A stretch of 23,966 nt of DNA, from assembly GCA_031367385.1 (NCBI GenBank), contig JANLPS010000024.1:1-23966 (forward strand), written 5' to 3'. This DNA comes from Archangium sp. (GTDB lineage: Bacteria; Myxococcota; Myxococcia; Myxococcales; Myxococcaceae). The position numbers were made by a program, and so were the translations under genes. Numbering within the stretch: the stretch's first letter is position 1; every line of letters begins with the position of its first letter. The notes beneath the pieces are model-generated. The model searched no databases. It was not told the origin of the DNA and saw nothing but the letters and a program-made list of their open reading frames with translations. Below, piece by piece: positions 8,088 through 15,862 of this stretch.

Positions 8088-9775
8088 GACGCGGGCGTGG
8101 CGCGGCGTTTTCGCATCAGGGTCGCCAGCAGCGCGAGCAGGCCCATGCCAATCGGGTCGAGCGACGAGCAGCCGCAGCCCGCGGGGTTCGTGTCGATGAG
8201 CTTGCTGTTGTCGGTCAACACCTTGGGCGCACCTTCTTCACTCAAGGTCTCGATGCGAAACGAGCTGGGGCCCTTGTTCGGGTCGAGCGGAGTCGCGTTG
8301 ATGGTGCGCGACCAGCCCTGCTCGGTGGTCAGCGTTCGCGGCGCATTCGAATAGGAGGTGAAGATGTTGCAGCTGATGGTCAGCGTCGCGGTGTGATCTC
8401 GGGACACGTCGGGCAGCGTCGGGTTGAAGCTGAACACCGGGTCGCGGGTCATGTCTTCGGGCGAGAGCGCGGTGTAGAGACGGGTCATCTTCGAGTATTT
8501 GCTGAACAGCGCCCCGGCCTCGAGGGTCGGCACGACGACCTTCTCTTTGAGCTGGGCCGTGAGTGCCTCGGCGTCGAAGGTCGACTCCCAGCCGACGAAC
8601 TCTTCAGCGTGGCTCTCACGGTACGAGCCCAGGTACATGCCGAGGTCTTGCAGCCAGATGTCGTCAGTCACGCTCGCCGGCAAATGCGTCGGCCGCGGCA
8701 ACATGGTCAGCACCAGGTTCTTCACCAGCGGCGTCAGCACCGAGCTCGTGAAGCGGTTGAACGGCGTGCTCTGGGCGTAGCCGTTCTGGTACAGGTAGTT
8801 GACGAAGACCGCCGGGTCTTTGACCTTCGCCAGCTCGGTGAGGTTACCGAAGCGGCCGGCAGGGTCGAGCACGCCGACCATCACCGAGCTCGAGCCGGCG
8901 TACTCGGTGATGAACGCGTGCTTCTCAGGGGTCTCGGAGATCGCCTTGATCACCACGTCGTTGTAGTTCTTCGCCTGCGCGAGCCAATCGAGCTGCGCGT
9001 CGTTGATCACCACGTGGTTGTAGTTGCGGGGTATCGCGCGGCTGCTCCCCAGCATCCACACCTGAATGCCCATGTTCGGCTGCGCGGCGACGCTGGTCAG
9101 AATGATGGGGATCATCGGCAGCTCAGAGGTGTAGTTGAGGACTACCGGTTGAATGTCTCCCGCTGCCTTGCCGCTCTTGAGCTTCAAGGCCAGAAAGTAC
9201 GAGCCGGGGTTGATGTACGGCCCGACCGTCGCTTCAGTGCCCGTGGGGATGAAGTAGTGGTTCGCGGTGAGCCACCCCAGCATCGCGTCTTTCGAGTCGG
9301 CCTTGAGCACGGCGTAGTCGTAGGGCCCGATCGACGCCTGCGTGACCAGCGGAGAATCGGCGCTCCGACCCGCGTTCGCCGACCCGTCTTCGCTCGCCGA
9401 AGTGGGCGACGCGAGCCCGCCGCTGAAGCCGATGCCTCCCGCGCAAGCGCCGTCGACGACCGTCTTCACGAAGTAGCGGGGCTGGGTGGTGCTGATCAGC
9501 TGCGTGAAGAGCTCTTCGGTGCCCAGCTTCAGGGTCGGCACAGAAGGCAGCGGCAGCAACCAGCCGAAGTCTTTCGCCTCACCCGCGTACTGAATTTGAA
9601 TGTGGGCGGTGACGACGCCATTGTCGACCGCGAACAAGATGCGCTCGCCGGCCTGCACGATGGGCACGCTCGGGTCTGGAGGCGCGAAGCACCCGCAGGC
9701 GTCGACCGGCTGACTGAACAAGACGAGCCCAAGGGCTCCGACGACGACGGCGGCACTGGTGGTTCGAGCACGCAT
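8084..9775 (-). CDS. DUF2330 domain protein with MYXO-CTERM-like sorting signal
   Basis: Signal peptide then ACGCF, QAGERILF, IQYAGEAKDFGWLLPLPSVP, WLTANHY, YFLALKL and PMIPIIL, as in DUF2330. C-terminal GCGCSS-TM-RKRR. An AGGGGG RBS lies just upstream of ATG 9775. Confidence 0.9.
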   Translation of the reverse strand: MRARTTSAAVVVGALGLVLFSQPVDACGCFAPPDPSVPIVQAGERILFAVDNGVVTAHIQIQYAGEAKDFGWLLPLPSVPTLKLGTEELFTQLISTTQPRYFVKTVVDGACAGGIGFSGGLASPTSASEDGSANAGRSADSPLVTQASIGPYDYAVLKADSKDAMLGWLTANHYFIPTGTEATVGPYINPGSYFLALKLKSGKAAGDIQPVVLNYTSELPMIPIILTSVAAQPNMGIQVWMLGSSRAIPRNYNHVVINDAQLDWLAQAKNYNDVVIKAISETPEKHAFITEYAGSSSVMVGVLDPAGRFGNLTELAKVKDPAVFVNYLYQNGYAQSTPFNRFTSSVLTPLVKNLVLTMLPRPTHLPASVTDDIWLQDLGMYLGSYRESHAEEFVGWESTFDAEALTAQLKEKVVVPTLEAGALFSKYSKMTRLYTALSPEDMTRDPVFSFNPTLPDVSRDHTATLTISCNIFTSYSNAPRTLTTEQGWSRTINATPLDPNKGPSSFRIETLSEEGAPKVLTDNSKLIDTNPAGCGCSSLDPIGMGLLALLATLMRKRRATPAS

Positions 9776-9806
9776 GTGTTTCCCCCTGCGAAAAATGGCG
9801 CGAAGT

Positions 9807-9822
9807 AGCATTGCCCGTGCCT
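9807..9822 (-). promoter_or_regulatory. Candidate sigma54 (-24/-12) promoter for the DUF2330-lipoprotein-haloperoxidase operon
   Basis: The minus strand reads AGGCACGGGCAATGCT, which is GG-N10-GC and close to the consensus TGGCACG-N4-TTGCW. It lies about 30 bp upstream of ATG 9775. Confidence 0.6.
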
Positions 9823-9916
9823 GCGATTTTCCTCCGCGATTTCAGGCACTTCGCCCTCAGGGGGAATAAAACCCAGCGACGATCACGGCTTTCTCGTCGC
9901 GAAAATCTGTCGATCT

Positions 9917-10573
9917 TCAGGGCCCGAAGCAGCCTCGCACCACGCCTCCGTCGACATCGGGGCCAGCGCCCGCGTCGATGCCGCAGCGCAATGCGGGCTC
10001 AGGCATCGCCTGGCACACGAGCTCGAAGCACCCCTCGTCGGCACAATCGGTGAACCCGTTGTGGTCGTTGTCGATGCCGTCTCCGCAGCGGTTCTCGCGG
10101 CAGACCGACGTGCTGCACTTGGTGCCCTCGCTGCAGGCCCGGCCGCAGACGCCGCAGTTCGCCTGGTCGGAGGTCAAGTCGAACCCGTTGTCGACCACGC
10201 CGTCGCAGTTATCGTCGAGGGTGTTGCAGGTCTCGGTCGAGGGCATCACCGTTTGGCCGCAGGTCACCGCGCCGCTCGTGCAGACGGCGCCGCCGATTTT
10301 GCAGACGCCGAGCTTGGTGGTCTCGCACTTCGCCCCCGCATCGGGGAAAGACTCGTCGGTTCGGCCATCGCAGTTGTCATCGGTGCCATTGCACAGCTCG
10401 ATGGCGACGCACTCACCCAGCTTGAAGCAGAGCGAGCCGCCAGCGAACTGGGGCCGGCAGTCGTAGTCGGGGCCGCAATCGGCGGTCGTCACACAGGCGT
10501 AGCGGCCCTTGTCGGGGCGGGTCGACGGCACGCAGGCGATGAGCAGGGCGAAAAACAAACAGATGGCGCGCAT
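9917..10573 (-). CDS. Cys-rich lipoprotein with MopE-related / putative metal-binding repeats
   Basis: Lipobox LLIAC. Repeats ELCNGTDDNCDGRTDE, ETCNTLDDNCDGVVDN and CGDGIDNDHNGFTDCAD, plus a DxxNCGxCGxAC module. Directly abuts the PEGA gene stop. Confidence 0.85.
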   Translation of the reverse strand: MRAICLFFALLIACVPSTRPDKGRYACVTTADCGPDYDCRPQFAGGSLCFKLGECVAIELCNGTDDNCDGRTDESFPDAGAKCETTKLGVCKIGGAVCTSGAVTCGQTVMPSTETCNTLDDNCDGVVDNGFDLTSDQANCGVCGRACSEGTKCSTSVCRENRCGDGIDNDHNGFTDCADEGCFELVCQAMPEPALRCGIDAGAGPDVDGGVVRGCFGP

Positions 10574-11659
10574 TTAGAAGTGCCCTCCCAGGCTGACACC
10601 GGCGCCCGTCGGGCCGGCCGTCGGAGCGACCTGCACCGGCGCGCTCGAATGGGTCAGGTCGAGAATCAAGAAAATGACGGTCGCGATGCCCGCGGCGCCC
10701 GCCACGCCGAAGCTCACGTTGGCGGCGAGCGCGTTTTGCTGCACCGAGAGCGCGTCGTTTCGGGTGCCCTTGTAGGTGTTGAGCGTCGGGTTGAAGCCGT
10801 CGACCAACGCCTTGTCACCGCCAGACGCCGCGGCCCCGAAGCCGGTGGCGATGCCGAGGGCGACGAGGGTGGCCGCGCCTGCGACCCAGGTCGGTATCGA
10901 GATTCGCACCGGTTGCCCTTCGCCGCTGTTCTTCACCGTGGTTGGGCCTCCCGCGACGAGCGCTTCATCAGGTATCGCCCCGGGCACGAGGAGCATCTTG
11001 AGCTCTTCGTTGGTGACCTGGTTCGCCTCGACGCTGACGAAGCGGGTGACCGAGAGGTACTTGGTCTTCTCGATCTTGACCTCGTATTTGCCGGGTCGCA
11101 GCTGCACTTCGTAGGGCGGGCTGCCGACGGTCTCTCCATTGAGGGTCAGCTGCGCGTTCGCCACGTTGCTGGTGACCTTCAGCGTGCCCCGGGCCTCGCG
11201 CTCGCCTCGCAACAGCGGAGGCGCGGCCTGCTCGACGTCTTTCTGCAGCCGGCGTGCGGCGATCAACACCTGGCGGTCGACGTCGGCGATGACCGCGCCT
11301 TTCTCGACGTCGATGAGCCACAGCTTGAGCAGGTAATTTTTCTCGTTTCGCGCGAGTGAGCCGAGCACGACCTTCTTGGTGCCGAGGTCGCTGGCGTATT
11401 GCGAGACGCAGGCCACGCCTCCACCGCATTTGACGAGCGCGGCGTACCTCGCGACCTCCATCTTGGCTCGCAGCTGGTCGGGCGTGACGACCGAGAGCTT
11501 CATCGCCGCCGCGGCGTCGAGCAGGGTCTTGGTGGTGGTCACCGCGAGGCCGACCATCATGTCAGGAGCATCGACGTCGACGATGGCGTAGGTGTCTTGC
11601 GGAGCGGCGGCAAGAAAGACGAGCAAGGCTGGCACCAAGGGCATCATGCGGGCGAACAT
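10574..11659 (-). CDS. PEGA domain-containing exported protein
   Basis: PEGA segment GTLKVTSNVANAQLTLNGETVGSPP..LRPGKYEVKIEK. Has a signal peptide, two C-terminal hydrophobic helices and a GVSLGGHF terminus typical of myxobacterial PEGA proteins. Start could also be 11647 or 11644. Confidence 0.9.
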   Translation of the reverse strand: MFARMMPLVPALLVFLAAAPQDTYAIVDVDAPDMMVGLAVTTTKTLLDAAAAMKLSVVTPDQLRAKMEVARYAALVKCGGGVACVSQYASDLGTKKVVLGSLARNEKNYLLKLWLIDVEKGAVIADVDRQVLIAARRLQKDVEQAAPPLLRGEREARGTLKVTSNVANAQLTLNGETVGSPPYEVQLRPGKYEVKIEKTKYLSVTRFVSVEANQVTNEELKMLLVPGAIPDEALVAGGPTTVKNSGEGQPVRISIPTWVAGAATLVALGIATGFGAAASGGDKALVDGFNPTLNTYKGTRNDALSVQQNALAANVSFGVAGAAGIATVIFLILDLTHSSAPVQVAPTAGPTGAGVSLGGHF

Positions 11660-11668
11660 ACATTTTCA

Positions 11669-12676
11669 ATGCCGCCAGTCGAGGACGAGAAATTGAGCAG
11701 CGGCGAAGAAGAAGACGAGCCCGGGCCCGAGCGCGAGATCGTCGAGATGCGCTACACCGTCGAGCCGAATTACGCCGGCTGGCGGCTCGACAAGTACCTG
11801 ACGCAGAAGATCAAGCGGGCGTCGCGCACCCGCATTCAAGAGATCATCGAGAACGACCTGGTCTACGAGCGCAAGCTCAAGTCGTCGACCACCGTCTGGG
11901 CCGGGCTCACCTTCACCCTGCGGCGCAACATGCTGGTCGAGCCGACGGTGCCGAACGTCGAGGCGCTGACTGAAAATTACATCGACGAGTGGCTGTTGGT
12001 GCTCGACAAGCCGGCGGGGCTGCCGGTGCACGCGACCGCGCGGTACCACGCGAACACGCTGGTGGGTCAGCTGCTCGAGAAGTACGGCCCTGGCTTCGAG
12101 GCGTCACCGGCGCACCGGCTCGATCGCGAGACCTCCGGGCTCTTGGTGTGTGGCCGAACGCGCAAAGCCAGCGCGTACCTGGCCGAGCGCTTCGCTCGAA
12201 GTGAGGTGAGCAAAGAGTATCTGGCCATCGTCGAGGGGCGGCCGCCCGACCAATTCGACGTCGACGCGCCGATCGCTGAAGGCACCGAGCTGATCCGCAT
12301 CGCGGTGAGAATCGACCAGGCGCTCGGCAAGCCCGCGCAGACCCACTTCGAGGTCATCACGCGCTTCACAAGAGACGGAGCCGACTTCGCAGTCGTGCGC
12401 TGCGTGCCCCGCACCGGTCGCCAACACCAGATTCGCATTCACGCCCAGGCTGCCGGTTTTCCCCTCGTGGGCGACAAGATGTACGGCCCCGGGCCGGAGT
12501 ACTTCGATCGCTTCACCAAGGGCACGCTCGACGACGCGGCGTGGGCCAGGCTGCGATTGCCCAGGCATGCCTTGCACGCATCGGTGATGTCATTCGTGCA
12601 CCCAGGCACGCGGCAGCCGGTGCGGTTCGAATCACCGTTGCCAGCAGACCTTCAAGGCTTCGTCAGCACGTCGTGA
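11669..12676 (+). CDS. RluA-family (RluD-like) pseudouridine synthase
   Basis: Motifs LDKPAGLPVH, catalytic HRLDRETSG, KEYLAIV, TGRQHQIR, GDKMYG and LHA. S4-like N-terminus (GWRLDKYL..SRTRIQ). Start is ATG 11669 or 11747; the track's 11399 overlaps the PEGA gene. Confidence 0.93.
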   Translation: MPPVEDEKLSSGEEEDEPGPEREIVEMRYTVEPNYAGWRLDKYLTQKIKRASRTRIQEIIENDLVYERKLKSSTTVWAGLTFTLRRNMLVEPTVPNVEALTENYIDEWLLVLDKPAGLPVHATARYHANTLVGQLLEKYGPGFEASPAHRLDRETSGLLVCGRTRKASAYLAERFARSEVSKEYLAIVEGRPPDQFDVDAPIAEGTELIRIAVRIDQALGKPAQTHFEVITRFTRDGADFAVVRCVPRTGRQHQIRIHAQAAGFPLVGDKMYGPGPEYFDRFTKGTLDDAAWARLRLPRHALHASVMSFVHPGTRQPVRFESPLPADLQGFVSTS

Positions 12677-13863
12677 AGCGCCGCCTCGAAGTCGTTGATG
12701 CCATCGGGCTGACACGGCCCGAGGGGAGAGCGCAGCGACCAATCAACCAGCTCATCGAAGGGCCGCTTCATTCGGGTGCCCGGTGACATCGCCACGCCTC
12801 GCAGCGGCGTATCGAGCAGCGTCGCGTCGATCACCGGGTCTTTGAACCCTTCAAAGGTGAACCACAGCGACTGGTTGAGGCCGTCGCGAGGCGCGAGCTT
12901 GACCCGAAAGAACCAGCCCGGGTCTTTCGCGAAGTGCTCGTGGAGCGCGACGAATTGCTCGAACGTCTCTTTCGCGAGCTTCGACGCGCGCGCCGTGCCC
13001 ATCTGCGAGCCACTCACGGTCTTGCTGGCTTCGAAGGCATCGAGGCCTTCGAACGCGGGCCTCCCATCGGCCAGGGTCAACACCGCTGCCGGGCCCTGGT
13101 GGTCAGGGGTGCGCCCGTAGAGGTTCGGCGTCGACGACTCCCAGGGTTGCCAGGTCATGCTGACCAGCTCACTGAGCGGAAACGGGGTGCCAGCTGCCGG
13201 GCGATGCTCGATGAACCCAGGCGCGATGGTGTTGATCAGCCCCACCGCGCGACCCACCTTGTCCTCTGGCACCGAGTGCATTTCGAGCTCGATGCACGCG
13301 CAGCGCTCGAGGCCATGCGTGTGCAGCCAGTAGGTGCCGTCTGGCTGATGCAGCGCATGAATGGTGAACAGCGCCTGCGGCGGAGGCGGCACCATCGACA
13401 TCGCCGCCTCTTCGACCCAGGTGGCCGAGCGCACCTTTTGCGCGCTCACGTCGAGCACCGCGATGAAGTCGAGCACCAGGCCGTACGCGTATTGCAGCTG
13501 CTCGTGCAGGTCAGCGATGGGCATCGAGGTGAAGGGCAGGGTGACCTTCAGCGCCCAGACCGAACGCGCCAGCTCAGCGACCTGCTCTTCGCCCTCGAGC
13601 TGCATCGTCTCGAGCACGTGTTTCTCGAGGGGAGGCGCCCGAACCCGTCGAATCACGATCGGCGCCAGGTCGTCTGCCCGCGCAATCGAGAGGTGCAGCT
13701 CGTGGTCATCACTCGCGATTCGGGTGATGTCTTTGAGCTCGACGCCGAGCCACTCGAAACCCATCGCAAAGTCGCGTTCAGTGGGGAAAAAATCGGCCGG
13801 CAGGTACGCGAGCACCGAGCTCGAACGCGTCTCACGCTTCAAGAAGGGGGTGTAGGGGCTCAT
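12652..13863 (-). CDS. DUF4026-like protein with a DUF2314-like C-terminal region
   Basis: LFTIHA...YWLHTHGLERCACIELE motif recalled from DUF4026 proteins. The C-terminus FRVKL..SLWF....ATLLDTP....LVDWSL resembles DUF2314. ATGA-coupled to the upstream rhomboid. Confidence 0.7.
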   Translation of the reverse strand: MSPYTPFLKRETRSSSVLAYLPADFFPTERDFAMGFEWLGVELKDITRIASDDHELHLSIARADDLAPIVIRRVRAPPLEKHVLETMQLEGEEQVAELARSVWALKVTLPFTSMPIADLHEQLQYAYGLVLDFIAVLDVSAQKVRSATWVEEAAMSMVPPPPQALFTIHALHQPDGTYWLHTHGLERCACIELEMHSVPEDKVGRAVGLINTIAPGFIEHRPAAGTPFPLSELVSMTWQPWESSTPNLYGRTPDHQGPAAVLTLADGRPAFEGLDAFEASKTVSGSQMGTARASKLAKETFEQFVALHEHFAKDPGWFFRVKLAPRDGLNQSLWFTFEGFKDPVIDATLLDTPLRGVAMSPGTRMKRPFDELVDWSLRSPLGPCQPDGINDFEAALHDVLTKP

Positions 13864-15818
13864 GCTTTGATGAACAGCGCCGCGTCACGCTCGGCGACCG
13901 ACGGGTAGCGGGGAAAGGCGCCCTGGGTCAAGGTCGACAGGTCGGGCAATGCGACCGCATCGGCCCGCTCGAAGACGCGCGCGAGAAACGCCCGGTAGCT
14001 CTCTCCCGCGGTCGGAGCGGGAAACAGCGTGCCCATCGACGTCGTGTCGCTGTCGAACCTGAAGCACAGCGGGCCCTTGAGCTCATTGGCCCAGGCGATG
14101 ACCACATCGACCAGCAACACGCCTCCGGTGCGGCCGCGTTCGGCGGGGCGGGGTACGACTCCAGCGGCGATCGCCACGATGGTCAGCCAGTGCACCGTCT
14201 CGAAGCGCTCGGCGCTCAGCTGCACCACCAGACCCTCGTCGTTGAGCGCTGTCAGACTGCAGCGGGTCACCTCTGGGGCCCGATGAACCGGCGTCACGCG
14301 CTCTTCGAACCTGGGCTCTTCGGCCGGGGGCAGCTCGATGCTGTCAGGCGCCACGTGCATCGTCAGCAGTCGCTGCACCTCGGGCCGCAGCGCCTCGATT
14401 TGCATCGCCAGCTGGCCTTGATCGGTGCGCGCATCGAGCTTCTTGAGCACCGCGTTGGCCCCTTCACCATCGCGCTGCCCCACGCAGAGCTCGAGCGCCC
14501 GAATCGCCGACTTGATGCCGACGAAGCCCGGCGCATCACCCCCGCGAGAATAGAGCGGTATCGCCAGCTGGTACGTGTGCTCGTGGTCGACCAGCCGAGC
14601 CAACGCAGCCGCGGTCGGCGGGCGAAAATCGTCGACGTTCATTCGTGGCCACATCTCGTGCAGCACCGTCACCGCGCGGGCCTCACTCTTGGTGCGGAGC
14701 AGGCGCTGAAACAACAGCTCGAGGCCTCGCAGCGCGTCGGCAGTGCGCTTCTCGTCGAAGTCGAGCCGCACCAGCCCCAGCGCCGCGTCTTCATCGGTGG
14801 CGGCCACTTCGGCGAAGCGCTTGCGCGCGGTCTGGGTGTCTCCTTGCTGCAGCGCCGCGATGCCCAGCACCGCCTCGCGCGAGTAGCTCTGCTGCAGCGG
14901 AGACTCATCGAGCTCAGAGGTGCCAAGCAGGTCTTTCTCGAGGCCGATGGCCTTCATGCCGAGGCTGACCACCGCGCCGAACGCGAAGCCTCCGATGTGG
15001 GCCATCACCGCGACGCCGGTCGAGCCCCCGATGGCGAAGTCGAGCAGCTGGTTGCCGAACCACAAGACGCCGCAGACCCAGGCCGCCCAGCGCCAGACCC
15101 CGCGCCAGAACCGAAAGCCGACGAAGATGAAGTAGGCGATCAGCACCCGCCGCGTGGCGAAGCGAACCGCGAAGGCCCCCATGCAGGCGGCGATCGCTCC
15201 CGAGGCCCCGGCCATCGAGGCTCCGGAGTGCCTGTCGAGCAGATAGTGCGCCAGTACCGCGGCCAGGCCCCCCAGCAGGTAGAACACGCCGAAGAGCGAG
15301 CGGCCCCAGGCGTCTTCGAGCATCGGCGCGCAGAGGGCGAAGAAGAGCAGGTTGCCCAGCAGGTGCATCCACCCGAAGTGCAAGAACATGTGGGTGACGA
15401 GCCCGGTTTGCAGCAGGCCCCGGGCGGGCACGAAGGCCCACTTTCGCATCGCGCTCTTCTCGAGCGGCGCCAACGCGGCGGTGAAGTGAGCGTCGAGCTC
15501 ACGCTGCTCGAAGGCGATGACCTCGGCGTCAGGGGGCGCGTGCGATTTGAGCCATTCTTCGCGCATCGCCTCGACGCCTTTGCGCTGCTTCTGCGTCAAA
15601 AACTGTTTGCCGAATGAATCGGGGATCTTGAGGTACGGGTGCTCTTCGAGGCCCTTCACCGCGCGGTTCACCTCATCGCGGTTGATGCTGCCGTCACGCT
15701 CGGGGTTGCCGGCCCAGGTGAGAAAAAAGGCCAAGAAGCACATCGCCGCGATGACGACCGACACCACGGGGATGCGAACTTTGAAGCCTTCAACCCCGAT
15801 GGGCAGAAAGAAGAACAT
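13860..15818 (-). CDS. Rhomboid family intramembrane serine protease with a long TPR-like/soluble C-terminal extension
   Basis: HMFLHFGWMHLLGNLLF, catalytic GASG and AHIGGF are present. About 360 aa of helical and alpha/beta sequence follow the membrane domain. Confidence 0.92.
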   Translation of the reverse strand: MFFFLPIGVEGFKVRIPVVSVVIAAMCFLAFFLTWAGNPERDGSINRDEVNRAVKGLEEHPYLKIPDSFGKQFLTQKQRKGVEAMREEWLKSHAPPDAEVIAFEQRELDAHFTAALAPLEKSAMRKWAFVPARGLLQTGLVTHMFLHFGWMHLLGNLLFFALCAPMLEDAWGRSLFGVFYLLGGLAAVLAHYLLDRHSGASMAGASGAIAACMGAFAVRFATRRVLIAYFIFVGFRFWRGVWRWAAWVCGVLWFGNQLLDFAIGGSTGVAVMAHIGGFAFGAVVSLGMKAIGLEKDLLGTSELDESPLQQSYSREAVLGIAALQQGDTQTARKRFAEVAATDEDAALGLVRLDFDEKRTADALRGLELLFQRLLRTKSEARAVTVLHEMWPRMNVDDFRPPTAAALARLVDHEHTYQLAIPLYSRGGDAPGFVGIKSAIRALELCVGQRDGEGANAVLKKLDARTDQGQLAMQIEALRPEVQRLLTMHVAPDSIELPPAEEPRFEERVTPVHRAPEVTRCSLTALNDEGLVVQLSAERFETVHWLTIVAIAAGVVPRPAERGRTGGVLLVDVVIAWANELKGPLCFRFDSDTTSMGTLFPAPTAGESYRAFLARVFERADAVALPDLSTLTQGAFPRYPSVAERDAALFIKA

Positions 15819-15862
15819 GCGCCTTAGACGCTACTCGCATTCTGGGGCAGTCTTGCATTCCG

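Noticed and set aside
4798..9775. Halogenated natural-product biosynthetic cluster
   Set aside because: No PKS, NRPS, prenyltransferase or transporter genes are in the window, and the enzyme is predicted to be extracytoplasmic.
8393..9808. Long antisense ORFs (also 2256-3362, 10061-11359, 12934-13908, 14190-15617, 19659-20723)
   Set aside because: They mirror well-supported genes on the other strand, which is expected from high-GC codon bias. The translations are R/H/V-rich and lack family motifs.
15842..15858. TGGGGCAGTCTTGCA as a sigma54 promoter for the beta-helix gene
   Set aside because: The GG-GC spacing is 9 rather than 10, and it lies too close to the start codon.
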